Sequence record: DRR378314_1164
Length of the DNA: 53,714 nt
Direction: 5' to 3' (one strand)
Every line of letters starts with the position of its first letter. Position 1 is the stretch's first letter. The position numbers and the translations under genes were made by a program. Under the pieces are notes generated by a model that did not search any database, had not been told where the DNA came from, and was given only the letters and a program-made list of their open reading frames with translations. Positions 30,107-39,536 of this stretch are shown here, piece after piece.

Positions 30107-31576
30107 ATGATAAAAAACGGACCTTACTTAGCTTTAGACACCAGCTACCAGAAGCTTTCAGTGAACGAACTATTCGAAACTGCGGGCAAACGCTTACCTG
30201 AACACTTTGATGATTACCGCCAGCAGCTGTGCCGTGGTGAATACCGTAACCTAAGTGAAGACCGTCCGGTAACTCATGTACTTAGTCGCTCCGTGCATGC
30301 GGTGGCTAAACAAAGCAACCGTAAAACGCGCTTTGTGGATACCGTGCAAAAACTGCGCTCTGGCCGCTGGTTGGGCAGTACAGGAAAACCTATTACCGAC
30401 GTAGTAAACATTGGCGTGGGCGGATCTGACCTGGGGCCGCAGATGGGCGCGTTTGCCTTGCGGGAATTTGCGGATGACGCTGCAATACATGATTTGCAAG
30501 TACACTTTGTGTCTTCAATGGACGGCGGCCAGCTGTATGCCGTGTTGCCTATTGTAGACCCGGAAACCACTTTGTTTATTATTTCGTCTAAGTCGTTTGG
30601 TACCGTAGACACATTTTGCAATGTCGAAACCGTACGCAAGTGGATTGAGCCCGACTTAACCCAGGAGCAATGGTTGCAAAACCACGTGATAGGGGTGTCG
30701 GCCAATGTACAGGGAATGGCTGACTATGGAATACCGCCGGCGCAGCAGTTTACCTTTGGCGAAGGCGTGGGCGGGCGTTTTTCACTGTGGTCGGCTTTAG
30801 GTTTGAGTATAGCCTTAACCACCGGCGTTCGGCCTTTTGAGCGTATGCTGGAAGGTGCTAAAGCTATGGACGAGCACTTTTTAGACGCGCCGTTGGATGA
30901 AAACCTACCGGTTTTGTTGGCTTTGTATGGTGTGTATAACCGCGAGCAGCTGGGTATTAATAACTTAGCCATTTTGCCGTACGACGGCCGCTTGCGTATG
31001 TTGCCTAACTATTTGCAGCAGCTGGATATGGAAAGTAACGGCAAGCGGTACACTGCTCACAACAAAGCCATTGATTACCCCACCGGGCCTATTATTTGGG
31101 GCGGTTTTGGACCTAACGGACAACACGCGTTTTTCCAGCATTTGCACCAGGGTTATGATCAGTTTACCGCCGACTTTGTTACAGTGCTTAAGCGTGAAGC
31201 CCCGGGCTTTTCCGAAGCCACCCGCAGCGGTCTGGCAGAGCAACAGCGTTTGGCCGTAGCTAACTGCCTGGCACACCGCCGCTTAATGTGGGAAGGCAGC
31301 GAGAATGCCGACTCACCCAGTGACCATTATCCGGGCGGGCACCCTTCCAACCTTTTGATAATGGACGAACTGACCCCCGAGAGTTTTGGTGCCTTAATAG
31401 CCGCCTACGAGCACAAAGTGTTCACCCAGGGCGTTATTTGGGGGCTGAACAGCTTTGACCAGCCCGGCGTTGAAAAGGGCAAGAAAATTGCCATGGACGT
31501 ATTGCGCGTGCTGGATGGCGAGAGCGACGAGTCCTTTGACCAAAGCACCGACGCCATTATTCAGCGTATGCGGTGA
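30107..31576 (+). CDS. pgi: Glucose-6-phosphate isomerase
   Basis: NIGVGGSDLGP, SSKSFGT, VGGRFSLWS, QQLDMESNGK, GQHAFFQ.LHQG, FDQPGVEKGK; alternative start 30095. Confidence 0.93.
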   Translation: MIKNGPYLALDTSYQKLSVNELFETAGKRLPEHFDDYRQQLCRGEYRNLSEDRPVTHVLSRSVHAVAKQSNRKTRFVDTVQKLRSGRWLGSTGKPITDVVNIGVGGSDLGPQMGAFALREFADDAAIHDLQVHFVSSMDGGQLYAVLPIVDPETTLFIISSKSFGTVDTFCNVETVRKWIEPDLTQEQWLQNHVIGVSANVQGMADYGIPPAQQFTFGEGVGGRFSLWSALGLSIALTTGVRPFERMLEGAKAMDEHFLDAPLDENLPVLLALYGVYNREQLGINNLAILPYDGRLRMLPNYLQQLDMESNGKRYTAHNKAIDYPTGPIIWGGFGPNGQHAFFQHLHQGYDQFTADFVTVLKREAPGFSEATRSGLAEQQRLAVANCLAHRRLMWEGSENADSPSDHYPGGHPSNLLIMDELTPESFGALIAAYEHKVFTQGVIWGLNSFDQPGVEKGKKIAMDVLRVLDGESDESFDQSTDAIIQRMR

Positions 31577-31632
31577 TGAGGTGATTGTTGTTTTTTAATT
31601 AAACCTCCGTTAAAAATTGGTTAATTTTTTTA

Positions 31633-31684
31633 TTTACAAAATGTCAACAGTCTCGTTATAGTGTTGTTCCTTCAAGGGGAACAA
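31633..31684 (+). promoter_or_regulatory. Putative sigma70 promoter and 5'-UTR hairpin of the protease operon
   Basis: TTTACA - 18 nt - TATAGT, then ttgttcc-ttcaagg-ggaacaa hairpin followed by taataa before the RBS GAGG. Confidence 0.35.
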
Positions 31685-31700
31685 TAATAACGAGGTAAAA

Positions 31701-33902
31701 ATGCCAATTAAACAATTTAAACTAACGGCATTATCAGCTGCTGTTGTCATGGGGTTAGCAGCCTGTGGTGGCAGTGATGATAATTATGCACCAACAGTTT
31801 CTTCAGTCGAAGTTGCTGCCGAGGGAACTCAATGGGAACCTATGACAGGTCAGGTGACGGCTACCGACCCTAACGGTAGCGATGTTACTTATTCTGCATC
31901 GGTTGTGGCTCCTGAAGAGGGAACTGCGCCAGGCACTGTGGAAATTAATAGTGATGGGGAGTTCACCTATATTCCGTTGCGTGCTGAAACCGCGACAATT
32001 GAAATTACGGTTAGTGACGGCGAATTAAGCACCACTGAAACAGTGACGGTTGAAAGTTCAACTATTAAAAGTGACCCGTTGGCATACCAACAGTGGCATT
32101 TAAATAACACCGGCCAGAAAACTTACACTCAAACACAAGCGGCGCTGGACTTCTTAGTGAACAACTATGGTTGGACAGAAGAAGATGCGCGAGCTCAGTT
32201 TTTTGATGAAAGCATTTATGTTCCCGGCGAAGACATGAACGTTATTGAAGCTTATGCGCAAGGTGCTTTTGGGCAGGGAATGATTGTTGGTGTAGCCGAT
32301 TCCGGGCTGGAAATTCAGCACCCGGATTTACGTGATAATATTGCACCAAATATGTCATTAAACTTTGATCCCAATGCTACCAATAAAATGGATCCTACTA
32401 ACACGCTAAGCAACACCGGTGATCACGGTACCTCTGTTGCGGGCTTGATTGCAGCTGTTGCTGGAAATGGACTGGGTGGACGCGGCGTAGCTCCTCAGGC
32501 TCAAGTGTTTGGAGCTAACTACTTAGGTGGTAATGTTGCTCAGAACGAGCTGAACTCAGCTTTGAGCCACGGTTTACCGGGCAGTGGTGTTTCTGAAAGT
32601 GACCCGCTTATTGCCTACAATCGTAGCTACGGTATTTCTTATCCTGCAGCGCTTTATACCTACCCAACCGACGAAGCTTTTGAAAAGTACGTTGCAACGG
32701 CCTTGCGTAACGGCCTTGGCGCAATCAATGTTAAGTCGGCAGGTAACTCGTTTAATGGCGGGCAAACCGGACTTTGTGACATTAACGGTGCTGTAGCGTC
32801 AGGCTTAACTTGCTTGAACGGTAACATGGATCCGTCAAACGCAAACTTCTACACAACAACCATTGCGGCGGTTAACTCTGACGGCGGACATACCAGCTAC
32901 TCGACTGCGGGCTCTAATATTTTTGTTTCCGCACCGGCAGGTGAGTACGGTGAGTTTGCTCCGGCCATGGTGACTACGGATCAGTCCACTTGTTTGCAAG
33001 GTTATAGCAGTTTCCCTACTCAGGACGCTATTGACGCTCAAGCTGGAGCGCCAGGTTACTTTGAAGCATTCAGAAACTTTAATGCACCGGGTCACGAAGA
33101 AAACCCATCATGTAACTTTACCAGTACGTTTAACGGAACCTCTTCGGCGGCGCCAAATACGAGTGGTGTTGTTGCTTTGATTGGTTCAGCTAACCCAGCG
33201 TTGAGTGCTCGCGAAATTCGTCACATTATGGCTAACACGGCTGATCAGGTCGATGCTGAAGATGAAGGCGTAGTTTTAGAGGTTAACAGTGGCGAGTTTG
33301 TTGCTGACCCAGGCTGGATTGAGAACGATGCCGGTTATGCGTTTAACCTGAAATACGGCTTTGGTCGTGTGAATGCTGGCGCAGCGGTTGCAATGGCAAA
33401 AGAAATGGAAGCCGGTTCAATGGCTGAACTGATTGAAACTGACTGGATGAACGTTTCTCCTGAAACTGCCGTTGATGTTCCTGACAACAATGCTGAAGGC
33501 GCAAGCTACAGCTTTACTGTTGAAGACGACATGACACTGGAAGGTTTGCAATTCTCACTGACAGTAAGTAATGCGGACTTTAACGGTTCAGGCTGTTCTT
33601 TCTACAGCACGGCAGGTTCTGACTTAGCGGTTGAAGTAACGTCTCCTGCAGGTACTACAACTCAATTGTTATCAGGTCGCCAGGAAATTATTGTCGGTGC
33701 TGAAGGTCAATGTAGCCCGTACATTCTTGAAGACACTGTATTTTTGGCAAATGCCTTTTATGGCGAGAGCCTGGCTGGCGAATGGACGGTACGTTTAGTT
33801 GATACCAATGGCGATGATTTGAACCTTAGTGGTTTGCCAGTATCTAACAACACAGTACCTTCAGTTTTTGAAGCCGTTAGCGTTCGTGCGTTCGGTCATT
33901 AA
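31701..33902 (+). CDS. Lipoprotein S8 (kexin-like) serine protease with Ig/cadherin-like domain and P-domain
   Basis: Lipobox LAAC; catalytic D (VADSG), H (HGTSVAG), oxyanion N (KSAGN), S (NGTSSAAP); YGFGRVNA; P-domain GEWTVRLVD. Confidence 0.9.
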   Translation: MPIKQFKLTALSAAVVMGLAACGGSDDNYAPTVSSVEVAAEGTQWEPMTGQVTATDPNGSDVTYSASVVAPEEGTAPGTVEINSDGEFTYIPLRAETATIEITVSDGELSTTETVTVESSTIKSDPLAYQQWHLNNTGQKTYTQTQAALDFLVNNYGWTEEDARAQFFDESIYVPGEDMNVIEAYAQGAFGQGMIVGVADSGLEIQHPDLRDNIAPNMSLNFDPNATNKMDPTNTLSNTGDHGTSVAGLIAAVAGNGLGGRGVAPQAQVFGANYLGGNVAQNELNSALSHGLPGSGVSESDPLIAYNRSYGISYPAALYTYPTDEAFEKYVATALRNGLGAINVKSAGNSFNGGQTGLCDINGAVASGLTCLNGNMDPSNANFYTTTIAAVNSDGGHTSYSTAGSNIFVSAPAGEYGEFAPAMVTTDQSTCLQGYSSFPTQDAIDAQAGAPGYFEAFRNFNAPGHEENPSCNFTSTFNGTSSAAPNTSGVVALIGSANPALSAREIRHIMANTADQVDAEDEGVVLEVNSGEFVADPGWIENDAGYAFNLKYGFGRVNAGAAVAMAKEMEAGSMAELIETDWMNVSPETAVDVPDNNAEGASYSFTVEDDMTLEGLQFSLTVSNADFNGSGCSFYSTAGSDLAVEVTSPAGTTTQLLSGRQEIIVGAEGQCSPYILEDTVFLANAFYGESLAGEWTVRLVDTNGDDLNLSGLPVSNNTVPSVFEAVSVRAFGH

Positions 33903-33910
33903 TAGGAGCA

Positions 33911-34405
33911 ATGAATATGAGTTTAATGAAAGCACTATTAGCGGTGGCCGTAAGTGGCGCAGTTGCGGTATCGGCCACGGCGCAGGAAGTTCCTGCACCA
34001 ATGAAAAAACAACAGCAACCGGCTGTTAAGCAGTTACCAGAAATGGATGCGAAACGTGACTATCAACAGTATAGCTTCACTAAGCTGCCAGAGTCTGCCG
34101 AACAGCAGGCAGAAGACAGCGATGTGCTGCTGGCCGGTACAGAGATGGTTAACCGTATTACTGGTGAAGAAGCCTATGTATCTGGTGTAGTGACTGTTTT
34201 AACCAAAGGCGTTGATGTGGATGCTTTAGCTTCTCAGTTTGGTTTGACGGTTGAGCGCGTTTACTCTCGCTTAAACCTGGCTATGCTGAAAGCGCCTGAA
34301 GGCACTAACATGCTTAAGTTGCGTGACGAAATGCACGGCGTTAGTGGTGTTAATAGTATTAAAGTTGAGATTGTCGAAAACCTTCGTAAGCCTCATAAAC
34401 TTTAA
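33911..34405 (+). CDS. Secreted protein, probable external chaperone of the S8 protease (Aeromonas ASP ORF2-like)
   Basis: Signal peptide, 8 nt after the protease stop, N..TG....VSG.V.V and LASQFGL segments; same arrangement as Aeromonas asp-orf2. Confidence 0.6.
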   Translation: MNMSLMKALLAVAVSGAVAVSATAQEVPAPMKKQQQPAVKQLPEMDAKRDYQQYSFTKLPESAEQQAEDSDVLLAGTEMVNRITGEEAYVSGVVTVLTKGVDVDALASQFGLTVERVYSRLNLAMLKAPEGTNMLKLRDEMHGVSGVNSIKVEIVENLRKPHKL

Positions 34406-34423
34406 GTTGTAGTATGACTAAGT

Positions 34424-34463
34424 AAAAACCGCATTTGGGCATTCGCCTGAATGCGGTTTTTTT
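34424..34463. terminator. Bidirectional Rho-independent terminator
   Basis: aaaaaccgcatttgggc-attc-gcctgaatgcggttttttt between convergent operons. Confidence 0.85.
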
Positions 34464-34472
34464 GTTTTCGAT

Positions 34473-34508
34473 GTAGCCTGACGCTTACGTCAGGAACAAT
34501 ATCTCACC
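34473..34508. repeat. Single GTAG REP arm plus spacer; second arm lost
   Basis: gtagcctgacgcttacgtcagg + aacaatatctca + cc, then unrelated sequence. Confidence 0.85.
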
Positions 34509-34518
34509 AAATATTAGT

Positions 34519-35868
34519 CTACAAAAGCCCCTCAAGCGTGCGAATGTTGTCCCTTAGTTCGGTACGCCCCGGATTGTTGTTGTATATCCCCTGCAACAGC
34601 TCTAGTGCTTTACGGTAGTCTTTTTGGTCGATAGCAATTTGAGCAAGCCCCATATTGGCTTGCTCTTCTACTTCTTTTATAGAGCTTGCGCGTTGGTACA
34701 GGAGTTGCGCCTGAGTTAAATGCCCGCGTTCATAGTTGAGGTTTGCCAACTGAATGAGTCCGGTGCCGTTGGCCGGGTCAACCTGTAGTAATTGTTTAAA
34801 GGTTTTTTCTGCTTGGTCAATATTACCACGACGTTGATGATATTCTGCGTTAAGGAATAAGACTCCGGCATGCTGGGTTGGCGACAAATTAGACTGATTA
34901 ATGTTGCCATAAAGCTTTTCAAACAACTGCCATTGCTCGTTCGCGAGTAGCTTCTGCGCCACTTGCTGTAATGTGGCAAGGTAGCGACGAATAGTCGCGT
35001 CGTCACTAAAGTTTTCCCTGTTCATTGTCTGCAAGATCTCTGCTGCGCGGTGAAGGCTACCCGATTGGGCATGTAACGAGGCGAGTTGCAGTTGCCCTTT
35101 TAGATTATTGCTTTGTAGGTGTACAGCAGACTCTAGACTGCTGATTGCTTTTTGATAATGCTTTTGTTCCATTGCCAGTTGGGCTCGCTGTAACCATAGT
35201 ACTGCGTCATGAGGCTGTTGCTGCAACAGCTCTTCTACTAACGCATTGGCGCGTGATGTCGCTCCGGATTGCACCAGTGCGTACAGTAAGCCCCGTGACC
35301 ACTGTCTATTGTCAGGTTCCAGCATCAGGGCTTTTTCATAAGCGCTAATGGCTGACATTGGCAGTGCTGTTTGCAAATTGATATAACCCAGCTGCCCGTA
35401 CAGCTGAGCTGATATAGCACCAGTTTGTAGGGTTTTCACAAGATAAGGCCGGGCTTTTTTAAGCTCCTGCTGGCTTAAATAGACCGTGGCTAAGTTCTGT
35501 AGCGCAGCCAAATTCTCCGGTTCTAAGGTCAACGAGGCTTTTAAGTCACTTTCCGCTTCCGAAAAGTTTTTTAGAGCCAGGTTAACCTGCCCTCGTAGAC
35601 CTAACAGTAAAGCACTCTCGGCAATAGTTTCACGGTCAAGTTGATGCAATGCCTGCTGGTACTGCTGTTGCTCAATAACCGGCTGTAATTCAGTTAGTAG
35701 TTCACGTTCTTGTGTGGTTAAGGTTTTGCTTTCGCCATCCAACCTTTGCTGCAGAGTCAGTGCCCACTGTGGCGCGTCAATTATCGGGGCTAACTGTTCG
35801 GCCTTTACACCATTGTTAACACTTAGTAGAGCCACAAGCAGGAACGAGGCAAAGTAATGATATTTCAT
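34519..35868 (-). CDS. Periplasmic TPR protein (TtpD-like) of the TonB operon
   Basis: Signal peptide, repeated A...Y/L..AL.LEP.N TPR pattern; last gene after tonB. Confidence 0.8.
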   Translation of the reverse strand: MKYHYFASFLLVALLSVNNGVKAEQLAPIIDAPQWALTLQQRLDGESKTLTTQERELLTELQPVIEQQQYQQALHQLDRETIAESALLLGLRGQVNLALKNFSEAESDLKASLTLEPENLAALQNLATVYLSQQELKKARPYLVKTLQTGAISAQLYGQLGYINLQTALPMSAISAYEKALMLEPDNRQWSRGLLYALVQSGATSRANALVEELLQQQPHDAVLWLQRAQLAMEQKHYQKAISSLESAVHLQSNNLKGQLQLASLHAQSGSLHRAAEILQTMNRENFSDDATIRRYLATLQQVAQKLLANEQWQLFEKLYGNINQSNLSPTQHAGVLFLNAEYHQRRGNIDQAEKTFKQLLQVDPANGTGLIQLANLNYERGHLTQAQLLYQRASSIKEVEEQANMGLAQIAIDQKDYRKALELLQGIYNNNPGRTELRDNIRTLEGLL

Positions 35869-35869
35869 A

Positions 35870-36511
35870 TTAAATTTCTACCTCCAGCGGCCAAATGAAG
35901 CGCGCTTTTACTGTTTTGCCATTTTTTTTCGGGGGTGTGAATTTCGCTTTTTTCACCATTTGTTCTATTGAAAAGCGCAGCTTTGGATCAGGGCTTTCAA
36001 CTATGCGTAGTAAGGTCACCTTACCCTGACTGTTAATGGAGACTTCCAGGCGCAGCAATATAGTGTTGCCCAGCCGTCTTTTGAGGTCAGCTGGTACGTC
36101 TAATGAAACTGTGCTTAGCAGTTGTGGAACGCCATCCAGTTCGCTCAGGCTAAAACCTTGCCAGTTGATTTCCGGTAACTTAATGGGTTGCCTGCTAATA
36201 TCTGGGTTGAGGTTATCCGGTGGAGTGAAATTGGCTAATGGCGTGTTCACCTGCGGAGTATATTCCAACGCCGGGCCGCTACCTGAAACATCCAGTTTCA
36301 GTTTTGACTGCTGTTCAGCCTGTTGCTGCTGAGCCGGTGGTGGCGGTGGCTCTATGATGGCGCTGTCAATGGTGCGTACTTCATAGCGTGGTGGGGAATC
36401 GCTATTAAGTGTGACTGCCACGTCCAATAATATGACCACAGCAGAAGTTAGTAAGGCAGCAAGCAGCAGTGCTATGAATTTGTGTTGATGTGTTAAAAAA
36501 AATTGTCGCAT
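35870..36511 (-). CDS. tonB: TonB energy transducer
   Basis: N-terminal TM, EPPPPP, C-terminal I..QGKV....IVES and AKFTPPKKNGKTV; ATG 36511 directly after the exbD stop. Confidence 0.85.
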   Translation of the reverse strand: MRQFFLTHQHKFIALLLAALLTSAVVILLDVAVTLNSDSPPRYEVRTIDSAIIEPPPPPAQQQQAEQQSKLKLDVSGSGPALEYTPQVNTPLANFTPPDNLNPDISRQPIKLPEINWQGFSLSELDGVPQLLSTVSLDVPADLKRRLGNTILLRLEVSINSQGKVTLLRIVESPDPKLRFSIEQMVKKAKFTPPKKNGKTVKARFIWPLEVEI

Positions 36512-36512
36512 A

Positions 36513-36923
36513 TTAATTGGCTGCGGTAGCAATACTGACACTGTCAGCGCCTGCTAATTTGACCTGATCGATAACATTAACCAGCAATTCAGCGGGCACG
36601 GTTTTGTCTGTTTGCAGAACCACCGGGCGGGACTGGTCACGTAGCAGTTGTTCAATGGTTGCGCGTACGCCGCCGACCCCAATGTTGTTGCCGTCGTAGA
36701 CGATTTGACCACTGCGAGTAATGGCAATAAGAATAGAGGTACGCTCCAGTTCTTTTGCGGTGACCGATTCGGGCTTGTCAACATTGACGCCTGACTCGCG
36801 CACAAACACGGTAGAGACAATAAAGAAGATCAATAAAATAAAGACCACATCTAGCAGTGGAGACAGGTCGATACCGTTAATGGGCTCTTCGTTTTGTGTT
36901 CTAAGCTTGGTTAACAAACTCAC
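36513..36923 (-). CDS. exbD: ExbD/TolR
   Basis: IDLSPLLDVVFILLIFFIV, DK.VPAELLVNVID. Confidence 0.93.
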   Translation of the reverse strand: MSLLTKLRTQNEEPINGIDLSPLLDVVFILLIFFIVSTVFVRESGVNVDKPESVTAKELERTSILIAITRSGQIVYDGNNIGVGGVRATIEQLLRDQSRPVVLQTDKTVPAELLVNVIDQVKLAGADSVSIATAAN

Positions 36924-37317
36924 CTAAGGACTCCATAGTTTTACGCTCTATTTTTGCTTTTGTTGACCAAAGCAATAGCCAGCCGGGAATAGCCAGAGCA
37001 ATGCCTAATAGCGTGGTCATGAGTGCCTGGCTGATACCATTGGTTACTGTGTAAGCCGTGGATGAAGAGTGCACTAAGGCAGAGAAACTGGTCTGCATAC
37101 CCATTATAGTGCCCAGTAAACCGATAAGTGGCAGTGCTGTGATAACAATAGCGGGCACAGTAGTGATTTTTGGCCGTTGCGTAAGTTGTTTAGATGGCGC
37201 TGAGAGACGGATATAAATTAGCCGCGCGTAACTGCTGAAGGCCAGTCCCAGCAGTAACCAGGATAACGGGTGGGCCAGTAGGTGTGAGTAAAATGAACCT
37301 GGCATGAGCTTAGGCAC
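36901..37317 (-). CDS. exbB: Short ExbB (MotA/TolQ/ExbB proton channel)
   Basis: ALPLIGLLGTIMGM, GISQALMTTLLGIALAIPG. Confidence 0.85.
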   Translation of the reverse strand: MPKLMPGSFYSHLLAHPLSWLLLGLAFSSYARLIYIRLSAPSKQLTQRPKITTVPAIVITALPLIGLLGTIMGMQTSFSALVHSSSTAYTVTNGISQALMTTLLGIALAIPGWLLLWSTKAKIERKTMESLGEFVNQA

Positions 37318-38614
37318 CTGCCTGTTGTTTTTTGTGTTGCTCCAGCGCCTCTACCGCGTATTGCTGAAGCTTTTCACTGTCGTTTTTCGCTTTGCGGGTG
37401 AGTACCGCACTTAATATAAGCGATGGAATAGCGACCACTAAACCAAGCTCGGTTGTGATAAGCGCCTGACCTATACCTCCTGAAACAACTTGTGGCTCGC
37501 TGGTGCCGTAAGTGGCCATCATATTAAAGGTCGTGATCATTCCGGACACCGTGCCTAATAGCCCAAGTAACGGAGCAATGGTGGCGATGACCGTAACGAC
37601 CGTTAACCCTTTATGAAGCCTAAAGCGCATCCACTGTATTTGCGCAACCAGTTTGTCTTCTTTTGCATCGAGCTCTAAATGACTTTCTATGATGCGCTCA
37701 AGTTGCTGTTGCATAGGATGCCTAACACGATTATCTATGGCAGGTACGCGATACAGCTGAACGGCTTTAGTAACAGCCATAATGAGCGAAACAAGTGCTG
37801 CTATGACAATGGGAATGATCCATAGACCCCCGTCGTTTAAATATTGCCACGGAGTTTTATCCGCCGACTGATTTTGCTGTGCTTTGCCTAAGGTCGGGTC
37901 AAAGGTAATTTGAGCGGAGCCTGAGTGACGGAGTTTCTGCAACTCTTTTGATTCACTCTCGCTGTAAGCGTACTCCAGTCCAACACCGTTTTCAGACGCA
38001 GAGCCCAGACCGGTAACAGTTTTGTCTGTTTTATCTGCGGCAATTAAACGAACAGGGCCTAACGCCAGAACCGGGCGCTCAAGCTGGCGGCCGTCGGGCA
38101 TTATCGCCTTGCTTTCATGCCAATTAGGTTCAGCTGCTTCAAGCAGTTTATTGGCTTGCTGTTGTAGTAAGTTAAGCTTGTCGCTCTGCGAAAGGTGACT
38201 AATTTCCTGATAACTTAATCCGCTTTGTTGCAGCAACCGAGTAATGGCATTTTGTTGGTGATCCTGCTGTTGCTGCCACAGCTCAAGACGCTGTTCTAGT
38301 GTTTGCAGGGACAATGTTTGTTCATCTTTAGAGCGCCTGGCGGCCGCTGTTTTTGAGCGTAAGTGAGAGACTTGTTGTTCAAGCTCGGTAATTTGAGTTG
38401 CCAGTTTTGAGCGTTTTTCTGTGATACGTTCTTGTGTCTGTTCAAGCCGCTGTTTTGCCTGTTCGATTTTTTTCAGTAAATACTCTTCGTTCAATTCTCC
38501 GCTTTGGCTGGCCGAGGCTTGGGCACTGCTTAGTAATACCAAAGCCACTATAAATAAGCTGCTGATGGCGTTGAAAAGACACGCTGAATAAGAATGTTTT
38601 ACCACAGGCGTCAT
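37310..38614 (-). CDS. TtpC-like large ExbB-family protein with periplasmic coiled-coil domain
   Basis: Signal peptide, coiled coil, FDPT, C-terminal APLLGLLGTVSGMI and GQALITTELGL. Confidence 0.85.
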   Translation of the reverse strand: MTPVVKHSYSACLFNAISSLFIVALVLLSSAQASASQSGELNEEYLLKKIEQAKQRLEQTQERITEKRSKLATQITELEQQVSHLRSKTAAARRSKDEQTLSLQTLEQRLELWQQQQDHQQNAITRLLQQSGLSYQEISHLSQSDKLNLLQQQANKLLEAAEPNWHESKAIMPDGRQLERPVLALGPVRLIAADKTDKTVTGLGSASENGVGLEYAYSESESKELQKLRHSGSAQITFDPTLGKAQQNQSADKTPWQYLNDGGLWIIPIVIAALVSLIMAVTKAVQLYRVPAIDNRVRHPMQQQLERIIESHLELDAKEDKLVAQIQWMRFRLHKGLTVVTVIATIAPLLGLLGTVSGMITTFNMMATYGTSEPQVVSGGIGQALITTELGLVVAIPSLILSAVLTRKAKNDSEKLQQYAVEALEQHKKQQAGA

Positions 38615-39375
38615 TGTGAGCCTCCTTGAGCGGATAACTCAACTGGCAGAGAAATATACTGAGGCAGCGCCTGGTTATTCAGAATTTTAAGAGCTTGCCG
38701 CACGCTTCCCCCGTTCAGGTTAGGGTCCGCCTGCCATTGCCACTGACCGTTAACGACACGGCCGTAGCCAGCTGTTTGGTTATCCTTGCTGACAAACCAG
38801 GCGTAACTGAGCCCCAGGTACAGTTGATCGACCATTAGGGATTGTTGGTTTAGTTCAATAACTCCCTGGTGTTGGCCGACTCGTTGGTTAAATTGCTGCA
38901 GTTGTTCAATGCGTGATAGCACGTATTGGAGTTTTGCGGTGTTGGAGGTTATGTCGTTACCAGAGGTATTCGTGCCTTGTTCGTTAGCCGCTATTGCTGG
39001 CGCGACTCTCATTTGATGATGATTCAATTGCGCAGCTAAACGGTTGATAGTGGCTTCTGTCTGCTTCTGTTGTTGCTCTAGCTGGTTTTGCTGTTGCAGG
39101 AGTTGTGAGCGTTTTTCGTCAACCGAATTTTTGCGCGTTTTTGTTTGTTTAAGAAACTCTGATAATTGATTTATTTCGGCATTCAACAAGCGGATACGCT
39201 GCTCCAGCACTGGTCTGTCTGCTTGCCATCCTGCCTGCAGGGCACGAGCCTGGTCTTCTACGGCTAACCACTGTGCTGTCAGCTTATCGGTTGTCTCAAC
39301 CGTTTGCGCCTGGTTATTTGCGCTAAAAATGGCGGCGATGGAGAGCAGTATGACACTGATAAGTCTTAGCAGCAC
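38611..39375 (-). CDS. DUF3450-like (TtpB-like) periplasmic coiled-coil protein
   Basis: Signal peptide, Q-rich coiled coil, VDQLYLGL..AWF, C-terminal LPV; first gene of the TonB operon. Confidence 0.7.
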   Translation of the reverse strand: MLLRLISVILLSIAAIFSANNQAQTVETTDKLTAQWLAVEDQARALQAGWQADRPVLEQRIRLLNAEINQLSEFLKQTKTRKNSVDEKRSQLLQQQNQLEQQQKQTEATINRLAAQLNHHQMRVAPAIAANEQGTNTSGNDITSNTAKLQYVLSRIEQLQQFNQRVGQHQGVIELNQQSLMVDQLYLGLSYAWFVSKDNQTAGYGRVVNGQWQWQADPNLNGGSVRQALKILNNQALPQYISLPVELSAQGGSQ

Positions 39376-39434
39376 ATGAACACCTTTATCTACTGAGTTT
39401 ACTGGCGGGTAGTTTAAGGGGAATGAGAGTTTAT

Positions 39435-39457
39435 GTAAATGCGAATAATTAGCGTTT
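39435..39457. promoter_or_regulatory. Fur-box-like site 1
   Basis: gtaaatgcgaataattagc matches 13/19 of GATAATGATAATCATTATC, in the divergent tonB/receptor intergenic region. Confidence 0.65.
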
Positions 39458-39486
39458 ATTGACTGTTTAAGGTTTTCGTGGCAACC

Positions 39487-39505
39487 TTAAATGAGAATTA
39501 TTCCT
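39487..39505. promoter_or_regulatory. Fur-box-like site 2
   Basis: ttaaatgagaattattcct, AATGAGAATnATT core, 11/19 to the consensus. Confidence 0.55.
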
Positions 39506-39536
39506 AAAACGTTTTTTCAAGCCAGAGAGTTTCAAG

